A stretch of 64,000 nt of DNA from assembly GCA_903933385.1 (NCBI GenBank), contig CAIZJW010000129.1:22207-86206 (forward strand), written 5' to 3'. This stretch comes from an uncultured Silvanigrella sp. GTDB taxonomy: Bacteria > Bdellovibrionota_B > Oligoflexia > Silvanigrellales > Silvanigrellaceae. The translations under genes and the position numbers were made by a program. The notes under the pieces were generated by a model. That model was not told where the DNA came from. It did not search any database and saw only the letters and a list, made by a program, of their open reading frames with translations. Shown here in pieces: positions 24,869-34,553 of the stretch; position 1 is the first letter of the stretch, and every line of letters begins with the position of its first letter.

Positions 24869-26845
24869 TTAAGTACTTGGGGTAAAGACAAAAGGATAGC
24901 TCACCTTCACTTCGCCCCCGCCTCTTGGAAGTGGGAATTGCCATCGTCTGATCTCTTGAGTGATGCAATACTCCGTAGGTCCGTCGCCCAAATCGGAATT
25001 TTGAATCGCCGAGCTAGAAACTCTGCCTGCAGGCGTAATAGTAAAGCGAGTCATGACTCGTCCAGCCAAACCTCGCTTGGTCTGCAAATTACGCTCATAG
25101 CAAGCTTTAATTTTTGCGAGATTAGCCCTGATAACAGCTTCGATTTCTTCGCGACTCAAGCTTCCTTCTAGAACACTGTCTCCTGCAGGGGCGCTCACCG
25201 AACCTACTTTAATTTTGCCACCCCCTCCGCTGTCACGGCGTCCGCCCGCACCACTGCCACCGCCGCCGAATCCACCGGCACCCAGCCCCTTCAGGGCATC
25301 GCCAGGACCTCCTGAAGAAATTGAGTTACCTTCGCCAATTCCTCCAAGTCCCATACTTCCCCTTTTTCCACTTCCACTGCCAGCGCCAAGCCCACCACCA
25401 TTGGCTTTGACACCAATTGCAATTTTGCCTGCCCCTTCAGCATTAATTGTCTTACCGATATCACTGCCAAGAGCATCCAAATTCAAGCCACCTAGTTCAT
25501 CCTTCTTGCCGCCCTCAACTCCCATCATGCTGGCCTTGTCATTCCCTTGCCTCTGACCAGCGAAAGCCCCAGAAGTTCCTCCTTTGGCTCCTCCACCATT
25601 GCCTGCGTTGGCGTTATTTTTCGGACCCAAAAAAGGATCCTTCGTATTCTTTTTCTCACCCGTCACAGGCCCTTTGTTTTTTGCTGGCGACTCGGGCTTT
25701 GGGTCGGGGCGTTTGATAGGCGTATTCACGACCGGTCGAGGAGTTGTTGCAGCACGCGGGGGTTGCGTGGGCTGTGGCTTTGGCTCCGGAGGCTTTTTAC
25801 TCGGAGCGGGTGTTTTGATGGCAACCGTTGGCTTAGGTGCAGGAGCTTCAGGTTTTTCAGTTGGCTTGGGAGTGGGTGTGCTCACGGTAAAAACGTTTGT
25901 CCATGCATCATCGTTGACTTCCTCTGCTGGAACGTAGTTCGCATTGGCAATTCCCAAAAGCAGAGAAAGCACAGCGTAAAGGACAGAAGCATAGGCAAAT
26001 ATAACTGGCTTACCATCAACATCATCGATCTTGCGCAAAACTGGATTGGGCAACGATACCCGCGTCATGAAGTAGCTCAGCGTGCCGTGCTGAATAAGGG
26101 CCATGTCATTGGCGGAGAGCTGAACCTCCGCGGGTCCTTTGACCTGTTCAAAGCGAGCCCCTCGTCGCACTCGTGCTCGCATTTCATCATTCAGATAGAC
26201 TACGGCCTTAGAACCTCGAACATCGGCAATTTTCAAATTTCGAGTATTTGCTTTCGGTCCAACGCCAATCAAGTCGCCATCGGCCTCATTTCCGATGATA
26301 ACTTTATTGCTACGAACTTCGTCTTCCGTTGAAAGCTGCTCGCCGCCATAATGGCGCACATCCAGAATACTCTGGTCCCAGAACGCCACCACTTCCAGTG
26401 TGCTTCCTGTGCGACGATCCTTCTCTGCAGTGAATAGAAGTCTTGAGTTAGCAATCCTAGGAACGGACGATTTATTTTGTTCGGCCTTTGCATCGGGTCC
26501 TGTTGCGGATTCTTTCCCGGACACCTGTCCTGTGGCAGCATCCGCTGCTTCCCGAACGCTGATAACAATATCACCAATGACAATTTCATCACCGACGCTA
26601 ATGTTGGTGGATACGTCAATGCGCTTGCCGTTCACCTTCACACCAATCTCACTCGCCATGTCGATGACTGATGCGAGTCCAGTCTCGGGATCCATTTCGA
26701 TCATGGCGTGAATTGGGTCGACGTTTGCACCGGGAATCACAAAATGATTGGTTGTGAGACGACCGACGATGACCTGTCCCGACTCAAGCACAAATGAGTC
26801 GGGGTATCCAGGAGACACCTTGTTCGCGACAAGAAAAAGAGCCAT
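24869..26845 (-). CDS. FHA-domain / TM / Pro-rich / Gly-rich / TonB-C-like protein (GltG/PglI-like)
   Basis: aa 24-95 form an FHA domain (VIVGRL..NHFVI..VDPIHAMIE...DMASEIGVKVNGKRI). TM helix at aa 281-302. PxP/KP-rich spacer at aa 322-392, Gly-rich region at aa 410-545. The C-terminal about 100 aa (LSREEIEAVIRANLAKIKACYERNL...VKVSYPFVF) resembles the AgmX/PglI-type TonB-C-like domain. Confidence 0.7.
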   Translation of the reverse strand: MALFLVANKVSPGYPDSFVLESGQVIVGRLTTNHFVIPGANVDPIHAMIEMDPETGLASVIDMASEIGVKVNGKRIDVSTNISVGDEIVIGDIVISVREAADAATGQVSGKESATGPDAKAEQNKSSVPRIANSRLLFTAEKDRRTGSTLEVVAFWDQSILDVRHYGGEQLSTEDEVRSNKVIIGNEADGDLIGVGPKANTRNLKIADVRGSKAVVYLNDEMRARVRRGARFEQVKGPAEVQLSANDMALIQHGTLSYFMTRVSLPNPVLRKIDDVDGKPVIFAYASVLYAVLSLLLGIANANYVPAEEVNDDAWTNVFTVSTPTPKPTEKPEAPAPKPTVAIKTPAPSKKPPEPKPQPTQPPRAATTPRPVVNTPIKRPDPKPESPAKNKGPVTGEKKNTKDPFLGPKNNANAGNGGGAKGGTSGAFAGQRQGNDKASMMGVEGGKKDELGGLNLDALGSDIGKTINAEGAGKIAIGVKANGGGLGAGSGSGKRGSMGLGGIGEGNSISSGGPGDALKGLGAGGFGGGGSGAGGRRDSGGGGKIKVGSVSAPAGDSVLEGSLSREEIEAVIRANLAKIKACYERNLQTKRGLAGRVMTRFTITPAGRVSSSAIQNSDLGDGPTEYCITQEIRRWQFPLPRGGGEVKVSYPFVFTPST

Positions 26846-26861
26846 ATCTCAGTTCCCTTCG

Positions 26862-27974
26862 TCAGTTCTGTCCGGCGTTACCGCCACCTTGACCAGTTCC
26901 AGAATTTGCTTCGCCCACGCCCGGTTTCGCTTTGTTCGCTTCTTCTGCTTCCTGCGTCTCAAGCTTGCTCAACAGATTGCGAACTTTGCTATCAACATCG
27001 AGAAGTGAGCCAGGCATAGAATTATACTTTTCAAGAGTTGCAATCGCACTTTTGCGCTTCGAAGGAACTTCTGACATTGCCAGAGCGGCGTTCCACAATG
27101 CTCTCTTGTCGTTGGGGCGAGAACGAACAACGGCGTTCAAATATTCAAGAGCCTCGTCGGGCTTTCCCGCCTGCCGATAGGCAATCCCAAGCGCGGCCTT
27201 TACGTTGATGTTGCCGCTCGCAGAGTCTTTGAGCTTGTTTAATTGAATCAACGCACCTTCGTGATCTCCAGCCTTCAACGCGAAAAAAGAAAGAGTCAGG
27301 ATTGCTGGCTCATACGAAAGCTTTGCAGCTTCGCGAAATGTTGCCATTGCAAGAACAACCTTTTTTTGCATGTAAAACATCAGACCACGCGCATGCAGCA
27401 CAGCAGCATTGACCTTACTCTTACCTTTTCCAACCGCTTCAGCCGAGTCAAGGAGATATTGAGCCATCCCGTAATCATTTCTTAACAAGGCGGTGTATGA
27501 GCATTCCAAAAGAATCCAGGGGTCTCTCGAAGAGGCTGTAGATCCACGTTTTTCTAAGACGGATAAAAAATCGCGACTATTTCCATAAAGCCTGCGAAAG
27601 ACTAAGTAGGAAATTAAGGCGCCGCCATCATCATTTCGTTCGCGATATGCCTGCTCCATATCACGCAATACATCTTCGAGCTTAGGCTGAGGTATTTGCC
27701 CTGCGAAAGTGTCTTCGTTGGACAAAGTTGTTGTTGCATATTCAACACTCGATTGTGGCGAAGGTGAATTTTTAACAACAGGAGCGGAACTACTCTTTTC
27801 TCCAGTCGCCGCACCCTTCGACTTCGCGCTGCGCGACTTTGATGAATTCTCATCAGGCTGAGCTGATTCAGCAGATTCTTGTGAAACTGCTGATTCGGTT
27901 GATTTGCATCCCGAAAAAACTCCAGTGGCAAAGACAGAAGTTAAAATCAAAAGAGTTGAATAAAAATATCTCAT
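26862..27974 (-). CDS. TPR-repeat lipoprotein (GltE-like candidate)
   Basis: From ATG 27974 (RBS GAGGGG): MRYFYSTLLILTSVFATGVFSGC, a signal peptide plus lipobox. Ser-rich linker followed by TPR repeats (e.g. ALGIAYRQAGKPDEALEYLNAVVRSRPND). Confidence 0.7.
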   Translation of the reverse strand: MRYFYSTLLILTSVFATGVFSGCKSTESAVSQESAESAQPDENSSKSRSAKSKGAATGEKSSSAPVVKNSPSPQSSVEYATTTLSNEDTFAGQIPQPKLEDVLRDMEQAYRERNDDGGALISYLVFRRLYGNSRDFLSVLEKRGSTASSRDPWILLECSYTALLRNDYGMAQYLLDSAEAVGKGKSKVNAAVLHARGLMFYMQKKVVLAMATFREAAKLSYEPAILTLSFFALKAGDHEGALIQLNKLKDSASGNINVKAALGIAYRQAGKPDEALEYLNAVVRSRPNDKRALWNAALAMSEVPSKRKSAIATLEKYNSMPGSLLDVDSKVRNLLSKLETQEAEEANKAKPGVGEANSGTGQGGGNAGQN

Positions 27975-27976
27975 TA

Positions 27977-30900
27977 TCAACCCCTCGGTTCTAGTGCTGA
28001 TTTAATCTTCGAAGAATCTAAAATCTCTGTCCCAACAAAAATAACTGTCGGGACCCATTCTTCAGATTTGCGGTATTTTGCTGGCTCCAGCCGCGCCAAA
28101 GAATTTAGAACCTTTTGTCCATACTCTGTATAAATATTGAATTTAGAGATGATTTCGCCAGAGCTCGAATAATAATCTTTCGCTTTCTTCTGAAGCTGAA
28201 CTCCAAGACCAGCAAGAGTAGCCTTGACCTTCTGCCAACCTTCCCCAGAAATCCCAGGAGGCTGAGGAGGATTCAATAATTCAGCAGCGACAAGTTCATG
28301 AGCATACCCCACGACGTACAGACTCGCTACCGACCATTCAGCATCACCGATATTCTGAGCCACAGAGGTAAACTTATCTGTGAGCTTCTTAAGTTCAGCA
28401 TTACGCTTCATGATATTCTGTTGAAACTCAGCGCCACTTTTTCCGCCAGTGAGAACCTCTCTGCGGAATTTGTCGAGCGCCGGAAATTCTTGCGCAAATC
28501 GGAGTGCGCCAATGTATGACAACGCTGGCCCGCTTATCGACTTCTTATTACTTTCATAAATTTTGAGAATCTGTTGCTGCGCGTTGCTCACTTTTGCTGA
28601 ATTGCCCGCACGTTTTGCAGCTTCCTCTATCCGATGCCAAATCTCAATTTTTTCTGAAGGATTAGTGGCCAAACGTAGCATATCTTTTTCTGCAAATGTC
28701 CAGAACTCCTGATAGCGTCCTGCTCGTTCGAGGACACCGCCCATCGATTCCGCAGCCGCACCAGCGGCAGAACCGCCCGCCGCAATAACCTTCGGACAGA
28801 CCTCGCGCGCTCGTTCCGCCTGCGATAGCGCTTCGTAGTACGCACAGGCTCCAGCCAGCAACTTTGGTGCCTTGGGAGAATTTGGAAAGCGAGAGAGATA
28901 CATTCTCACGTAATTGACGGCGGTTTGCAGCTGAATGCGCCCCGAAGACATGTCAATAATTTCCAGCATGGAATCACCAATGAGTTCGCTCTTTGGATAG
29001 TCAGAGATGACACGCTGATAGGATTGCACAGACTTGTCGAGACGATTAGCGCGCTTGTAGTTGACACCTGCATTGAACCACGCAGCATCAGCCTTCGAAT
29101 AGGATTTATCGGCAGCGAGCCGTTCGAATTCTTGGGCAGCTTGCTCATGCTTTCCGCTTGTTTCGAGATCTTTAAGCTCATCGAATCGGTTCGCGCGTTT
29201 AATCTCTCCAAGCCGCTTACCAATATCACCCGACGCAAGTTCGGGAATTGCGAGCAGTGAATTTGTCGTTTCCGAAAGTTTCTTTTTGTCATTTCTAGCG
29301 AGAAGCAAGAGAAATTCTGCGGCAGGTGCCCCTTCCTTTTTTCCAGCCCGTTCCTTTGCAAGAACTGTGAGTCGCTTCTCGGCTTGCGCCGTGTTGTTGG
29401 TTTTTAGAAAAATCTCTGCTGTATCAATCTGACAATCGAGTGCGCCTGACTTCTTCGGGAAGTAGCCTATATACGCATCACAGACATTCACATAATCCTG
29501 AAGATCTTTGCTCAACGGGCGTGGCGATAAATCAGCCTTGAACTGCTGACTGCGAAAAGCTGCCATGTCTTTTTGAATGATAAAATAGGACGACGTCCGC
29601 TGATATTCAAATGCCTTCTCAAAACGCTGCGGGTCGGACGAACGTAGTTCTTTATTGGCCGTGAAAGATGCAAACGTTTTCTCGGCATCCCTGAATTGAT
29701 CGCGCGTATATTGCAACTCGCCCAGCAGAAATCGGACCTCTGCAGCCTCTTTTCGATTCGGAAAAGTCGCAAGATAGATCTTGTAACCTTTTATAGCCTG
29801 TTCGATGTAATATGCACTTTTATCTTTTTGTCCCTGAAAGTGCATTTTTTTTGCATAGGTAATACTAACATTATGAATCTTTTCTTGTGTGTCTTTGAAT
29901 TCAGGAGATTTTGAATTGGCTTTTGTCCACGTAGATTCCGGACCAAAGCTTTTATTGAGCTCCATGACTTCTTTCCAAAGAAGACTTTTGTCATTCTTCA
30001 GATTTGCGGTATCAACGATCTGAATTTGAAGATCTGCCGATCGGAAGTCGTTGGGTTTCATCGCAATGTAGCTTTTTAGAACGCGAACACTCTCATCGTA
30101 TTCGCCTTTGTCTTGAAGAAGGTTTGAGAGCTTATTGAAAAGATCTCCCATATTCTTATCGTTGGCGTTCTTGCTAGTAAATGACATCGCTGCATCCACT
30201 TGCTTGAGTTCAACGAACGCAAGAAGCATGTCGCGCACGGCCTCGTCTTTGAGTCGTACTCTAATTCCTTTTCCAAGACTGCTTGAGGAATTTGATAGAT
30301 TAACCACAAGCTTCCACTTGTCGAGAGCCTTTTCGAACTGCTGGAGATTGAAAAGACACCACGCGATCTTGAATTCCGCCCAAGGACGAATGGGTGCACG
30401 AGTGAAGCGAACCACTTCATTGAACGAGGTCATAGCTTTTTGAAAGTCTAGCTTGCTAAAGAAATATTCTCCCAAAGCGTAATGAGCATCAGCAACACGC
30501 TTACTGTTCGGAAAATTCTTAACCACTCGACTGTAGTATTGGGCAGCTTCTTTTGTTTTTCCAAGCTGATCGAAGGCGTACGCTAATTGAAACGTAACCT
30601 CATCAATACCGCGTCCTTCCGGATATTCGGTAATGTACTGCTGACATCGCTGAATAACCTTACTTGTCCACAATACGTTGCTTTTCATGTTCATTTTGGG
30701 CTCGACTCCACGTCGACCACCCTCATCCCACTTATTCCAAGCCTCATCGTAGCTTCTTGATTCATTGAAGAACGTGAGAAGCGCCTTTTGATGCAAGCTT
30801 TCAATCAAACGACGCATAATTTCAGGACGCTGTTCAGACTTCCTAGGCAATTTGCCAACAAGCGGCTCCATGTACCGTATTTCATTATCAAGTGCTGAGC

Positions 30901-31165
30901 CAAGACTCCTCTCAACGGCTGCAGTTTCAAAGTCACTTCGTGAAAGCCCGCCGCCCTTTGCTTCGCGCTTTTCCCGTTCTGACTTTCCTTGCTTCCGCTT
31001 CCTTTCGACCTCGTTGTCGGTGCGCTCTTTTACGTTAATTTGCTGCGGTGCTGTATTGACTTTACTTTGGGCTGCGCCCCCCAACGAACTTGGTCCGGCA
31101 GCTTCTGCGAACTGCACAGAGACAACCATCAGAGCTATTGAGCTAAGACCAAACAAGGTTTTCAT
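27977..31165 (-). CDS. Large periplasmic TPR-repeat protein, 1062 aa (GltD/AgmU-like candidate)
   Basis: Signal peptide MKTLFGLSSIALMVVSVQFAEA. Many TPR/YbgF-like repeats along the whole length (e.g. AAQYYSRVVKNFPNSKRVADAHYALGEYF). The ATG overlaps the upstream stop (ATGA at 31162-31165). Confidence 0.7.
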   Translation of the reverse strand: MKTLFGLSSIALMVVSVQFAEAAGPSSLGGAAQSKVNTAPQQINVKERTDNEVERKRKQGKSEREKREAKGGGLSRSDFETAAVERSLGSALDNEIRYMEPLVGKLPRKSEQRPEIMRRLIESLHQKALLTFFNESRSYDEAWNKWDEGGRRGVEPKMNMKSNVLWTSKVIQRCQQYITEYPEGRGIDEVTFQLAYAFDQLGKTKEAAQYYSRVVKNFPNSKRVADAHYALGEYFFSKLDFQKAMTSFNEVVRFTRAPIRPWAEFKIAWCLFNLQQFEKALDKWKLVVNLSNSSSSLGKGIRVRLKDEAVRDMLLAFVELKQVDAAMSFTSKNANDKNMGDLFNKLSNLLQDKGEYDESVRVLKSYIAMKPNDFRSADLQIQIVDTANLKNDKSLLWKEVMELNKSFGPESTWTKANSKSPEFKDTQEKIHNVSITYAKKMHFQGQKDKSAYYIEQAIKGYKIYLATFPNRKEAAEVRFLLGELQYTRDQFRDAEKTFASFTANKELRSSDPQRFEKAFEYQRTSSYFIIQKDMAAFRSQQFKADLSPRPLSKDLQDYVNVCDAYIGYFPKKSGALDCQIDTAEIFLKTNNTAQAEKRLTVLAKERAGKKEGAPAAEFLLLLARNDKKKLSETTNSLLAIPELASGDIGKRLGEIKRANRFDELKDLETSGKHEQAAQEFERLAADKSYSKADAAWFNAGVNYKRANRLDKSVQSYQRVISDYPKSELIGDSMLEIIDMSSGRIQLQTAVNYVRMYLSRFPNSPKAPKLLAGACAYYEALSQAERAREVCPKVIAAGGSAAGAAAESMGGVLERAGRYQEFWTFAEKDMLRLATNPSEKIEIWHRIEEAAKRAGNSAKVSNAQQQILKIYESNKKSISGPALSYIGALRFAQEFPALDKFRREVLTGGKSGAEFQQNIMKRNAELKKLTDKFTSVAQNIGDAEWSVASLYVVGYAHELVAAELLNPPQPPGISGEGWQKVKATLAGLGVQLQKKAKDYYSSSGEIISKFNIYTEYGQKVLNSLARLEPAKYRKSEEWVPTVIFVGTEILDSSKIKSALEPRG

Positions 31166-32739
31166 TTCGCTTTGCCCTTATTTACACTGCCGCCGCACTT
31201 TGAATCGATATTGTAAACATATGCGCCCAACTCATCTTCCCAATATTCACCCTCAAAGGGCCAATATTCGAGTTGTTCTTTGATATTGAGCGGACGCATC
31301 CCTTCGCCCCATTCCGTTTTGTCAGCACCAATTGGTTCCCCTTGGTATTCGGTACGGATGGAGTCTGTTATGCCTCCGAGCAATTCAAGATTGATAAGTC
31401 GGGTTTGGTTACTGAGATCTTGCAAGTATCGAAAAAGCTGAACGGACTGATCGAAAACTTGTTGCCCAGTTCGTTCAGCCGTTGCAACGCGCAAATCCTC
31501 ATAAACTTTCTTCAAAACCTCTGCCAAACCATCAAATCGCGCTCCACGCGTGCGGAGAAGTCCTTTTTCACGATCCAGACCTCGAACAACAAGCTGCCCT
31601 TCCTTGAATCCTTCGGAGCGACTCACTGAATCAACTATGTCAACGGCAGCCGTGAATTCACGAAGCACCTTCGTGTTGCGATATCGAGTCACAACATCAT
31701 AAAAGTCAGAATATTTTTGATTGTATGTTTTAAGAAGCTGATTAAGGTCAGAAAATTTTGTGCGGTATCTATCCTGAAAACGCTTGAGAGAATCCTTTGC
31801 GTTCTCGTAGCGGCACAATCGCAAATATGTAATCGCAGAAAGAATATAGCTTTCTGGATAGAAGCGATTTTGGAAAAAGGGCGATGTAATGGTGTGAAGA
31901 TTCCCAAGGGTATTGTTGTGCCTTTGAATCATAAAGAAACCCCAGCCGCCTTCGAGAAGGGTTTGTAGCCAGAGATCAGAATCGCGTGGAATCTTCGAAT
32001 AGTTATCAAATGCAGCTCGATACTCTTTGCGCTCGTAGTGTGCACGCGCAAGGTTCATTGTCGCGAGCTGTTTGATATTGTCATTCGTCGCTCTTGCTTG
32101 TGAGCGCTTAAATGCATCAATTGCAGATTCTGGATTTTTTACAACTGAGTATATGATTCCGAGATAAAATTGTGCCAACGAAAAATAAGGACTGTTGCTG
32201 GGGACTCGATCAAAATCAGCTCTCGCTCTAATTAGATTGCTCGGGTTTGTTGGATTGCTATCAAATGACTCAAGGCCTTTGTGATAGAAATAGAAGCCTT
32301 GTGCTGCAGGCGGAATTGCCAAGGGATCGAGCTTAGCTTGAAAAAGACCCGCGATATTTGCTCGGCCGAGAGGAATTCTCGCATTTATATCACTCAGCGC
32401 CTCTAGCGCGGGGCGAAACAGATCGTTTCTCGAGCCCTGCTGGACGAGACGGCCGTAGAAATATGAAGCCCCGTAAGGAAAGCCAGCTCCTTTGAGCGAC
32501 TGTGCCAATCCAAATTCTGCTTGAGCTTTGGTGTCACCGCTTGATGAGTTCATAACTTGGTAGAAGAGACGCGATGAGTTCGCGTAGTCGCCAGCTCTGA
32601 AAAATCGTTTTGCATCATCAATGGGGCCTGCAAAAGCTGAATTCGAGCATGCGAGACAAAGCAAAGCTCCCAGCGCAGCCAGAGAACCGCTGGGCTTCTT
32701 GTAATTCATCTTTGATTTGAGTCGTTGCACGCTCATCAT
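31162..32739 (-). CDS. TPR-like lipoprotein (GltC-like candidate)
   Basis: Signal peptide plus lipobox ..SLAALGALLCLAC. TPR-like helical repeats (e.g. LARAHYERKEYRAAFDNYSKIP). The start is ambiguous: TTG 32754, ATG 32739/32736 or ATG 32709. Confidence 0.6.
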   Translation of the reverse strand: MMSVQRLKSKMNYKKPSGSLAALGALLCLACSNSAFAGPIDDAKRFFRAGDYANSSRLFYQVMNSSSGDTKAQAEFGLAQSLKGAGFPYGASYFYGRLVQQGSRNDLFRPALEALSDINARIPLGRANIAGLFQAKLDPLAIPPAAQGFYFYHKGLESFDSNPTNPSNLIRARADFDRVPSNSPYFSLAQFYLGIIYSVVKNPESAIDAFKRSQARATNDNIKQLATMNLARAHYERKEYRAAFDNYSKIPRDSDLWLQTLLEGGWGFFMIQRHNNTLGNLHTITSPFFQNRFYPESYILSAITYLRLCRYENAKDSLKRFQDRYRTKFSDLNQLLKTYNQKYSDFYDVVTRYRNTKVLREFTAAVDIVDSVSRSEGFKEGQLVVRGLDREKGLLRTRGARFDGLAEVLKKVYEDLRVATAERTGQQVFDQSVQLFRYLQDLSNQTRLINLELLGGITDSIRTEYQGEPIGADKTEWGEGMRPLNIKEQLEYWPFEGEYWEDELGAYVYNIDSKCGGSVNKGKAK

Positions 32740-32750
32740 AGATCTCTCAT

Positions 32751-33443
32751 TCAAAAATAATACCCTGCCCCAAATGATAGAGTCACACTCTGGTTCATTC
32801 CCTGTTCAATTCCGGGAATGAAAAAGAGACGCAATCCCCAGTTCAATGCTGAGTTCTTGCTTAAAAAATAACGCTGCCCCGTGCCCACATTAAATTGCGC
32901 AGGACTATAGGCTTTTGGCTGAATGACAACCTCATTCTGGGCAATGGGTTTACACCCTTGCTTTCGATTCTTCATACCAGCAACACCGCCACCGCCGCTC
33001 AGAAACCAATCAAAATAAATAACCTCGCCGTTGCTCAGCTGATACTTTCCGTAGATAGGCGTCAGATTTATTCCGCCCCCCGCAAGCATGCCAATTTCAT
33101 CGACAACGGGTTCAATATTGAATTTGCTTCCCAACTCAGTGCAGTCGGATTTGTTGATCGTTATTCCTGCTGCTCCTTCGCCAAAAACTTCGAGCCATTC
33201 CGTGAGATGCAAACCTGCTTTTGCAGAAGGCAGATAGGTGTATGTAAACGAACTGTTCATAACAGCTGAAACGTTTGCACCAATCTCAAATCGAATTGAC
33301 TTTTGAAAGTATTTGGGGCGAATGACGCGAATCTCAAAATTGCCAAATTGATTTTTCTTTTGATCCTCTGCTGCAGCCGCAACAGATGGTGCAAGCAACA
33401 AAAGTGGCTGAAGAATTAAAAATATTTTGAGAATATTTCTCAT
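32751..33443 (-). CDS. Small outer-membrane beta-barrel protein (GltA/GltB-like candidate)
   Basis: Signal peptide MRNILKIFLILQPLLLLAPSVAAAA. Beta-strand pattern with GGGG turns. The C-terminus ..TLSFGAGYYF ends in an aromatic residue. Its ATG abuts the upstream stop. Confidence 0.65.
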   Translation of the reverse strand: MRNILKIFLILQPLLLLAPSVAAAAEDQKKNQFGNFEIRVIRPKYFQKSIRFEIGANVSAVMNSSFTYTYLPSAKAGLHLTEWLEVFGEGAAGITINKSDCTELGSKFNIEPVVDEIGMLAGGGINLTPIYGKYQLSNGEVIYFDWFLSGGGGVAGMKNRKQGCKPIAQNEVVIQPKAYSPAQFNVGTGQRYFLSKNSALNWGLRLFFIPGIEQGMNQSVTLSFGAGYYF

Positions 33444-33962
33444 TCAGTTCACATCCCTCTTTTGAACTGCAAATTTCCAAGAAATAAACTCAGCCTGCTG
33501 AGCAGAGGCAAGAACTCTCTTTATGATTCGATATGGAATTGTTTTGTCAGACTGCATAACCAGCGTGGAAACATCAGAATTACTGAGGCCCAGATTTTTC
33601 TGACGATTCTTGAGAGTTTCGTTTTGGGCTTTTAACTTCTTGAATTCATCGTAGGCTTTACGAATTGCACCCTGGCCATCTTTTTTATATGCTTCTACCA
33701 CATCCTGTGAATTTGGCGTGAGAGGTATGACCACTCCACCCTGGAGCACAATTTCATTTTTTGTGATGGCAACTGAGGCCGCAGAATCGAGACTCACTTT
33801 AATCGAAGACATAGGTAATTCTAGATTTGCCGAAACTTCGGCACTTTCGCCGCTGACAGAAAAATTCATAAGAAGAAAAACGATCAAAATGCTGAAAACA
33901 TCGAGCATCGGGTAAAGGTTCAAAGAAAAGGATTCTTTACCACCAACATCTACGCCAGCCAT
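33444..33962 (-). CDS. ExbD/TolR-family proton-channel subunit (AglQ/AglS-like)
   Basis: N-terminal TM segment with the conserved Asp (LYPMLDVFSILIVFLL) and a periplasmic ExbD-like domain. RBS GAGGT. Confidence 0.85.
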   Translation of the reverse strand: MAGVDVGGKESFSLNLYPMLDVFSILIVFLLMNFSVSGESAEVSANLELPMSSIKVSLDSAASVAITKNEIVLQGGVVIPLTPNSQDVVEAYKKDGQGAIRKAYDEFKKLKAQNETLKNRQKNLGLSNSDVSTLVMQSDKTIPYRIIKRVLASAQQAEFISWKFAVQKRDVN

Positions 33963-33969
33963 GATTACC

Positions 33970-34530
33970 TCAATCTGCGAAAATCACGTTGCCAAGAACG
34001 ACTTTGGTCACCAGATTCGAAGGGTCTACGCCCACAGGCATTTTGTAGTCAGCGGGAAATGGAATGGGAGCTCGACCCGGTTTCAATTCCCGAACCGTGT
34101 CAAGAACCATCACAAGACTCTCATACGAAACTTCTGCTTGCGTAAACACGGTAACCTTGTCGAATTTCGGATTCTCTTTGCGAATGTCATAAATTTTTGC
34201 CTGAATTTTATCCAGGCCTTCTTCGGTGAGCGGCACCTCAATCTCATCTTTGATGGCCGAACTCGCAGTTGTTGCCTGCTGATATTTGACCGTCTTTGAA
34301 TCGATTGTGATGTTCACAGTCTTTTCCGGAGTTTTATCTAACTCTTCCTGCTTGGGAGGAGGCTGGCTCGACAAAAAAGGTACTTCAATTCGGGTTTCGC
34401 CGGTCGCTGAAAATACCGAGGTAGCGAGCAGAAAAATGATGAGCACAGAAAACAAATCAAGCATGGGCGTAACGTTTACGTCAAACGCGGTTGCGACCTG
34501 CTTTCTTTTTTTGAGCTTAAATCCGCTCAT
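33970..34530 (-). CDS. ExbD/TolR-family proton-channel subunit (second paralogue)
   Basis: TM segment with the conserved Asp (VTPMLDLFSVLIIFLL) and an ExbD-like periplasmic domain. RBS GGGAAGGA. Confidence 0.85.
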   Translation of the reverse strand: MSGFKLKKRKQVATAFDVNVTPMLDLFSVLIIFLLATSVFSATGETRIEVPFLSSQPPPKQEELDKTPEKTVNITIDSKTVKYQQATTASSAIKDEIEVPLTEEGLDKIQAKIYDIRKENPKFDKVTVFTQAEVSYESLVMVLDTVRELKPGRAPIPFPADYKMPVGVDPSNLVTKVVLGNVIFAD

Positions 34531-34553
34531 TTCCTTCCCTTTCGGTGAAGCAA

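Noticed and set aside
24840-24870. Hairpin AAGCTGCA-N15-TGCAGCTT overlapping the stop codon of the FHA/TonB-C gene, considered as the operon terminator
   Set aside because: On the transcribed (minus) strand it is followed by GACATCATGGG rather than a U-run, and the loop is long. It may still pause or stabilise RNA, but it does not meet intrinsic-terminator criteria.
25215-26332. Long plus-strand ORFs (25215-25556 Pro-rich, 25584-25937 Gly/Phe-rich, 25547-26332 at 261 aa) antisense to the FHA/TonB-C gene
   Set aside because: They are mirror images of the Pro-rich and Gly-rich low-complexity coding tracts on the minus strand. They have no RBS and no recognisable domains. The minus-strand frame carries clear FHA and TonB-C-like motifs.
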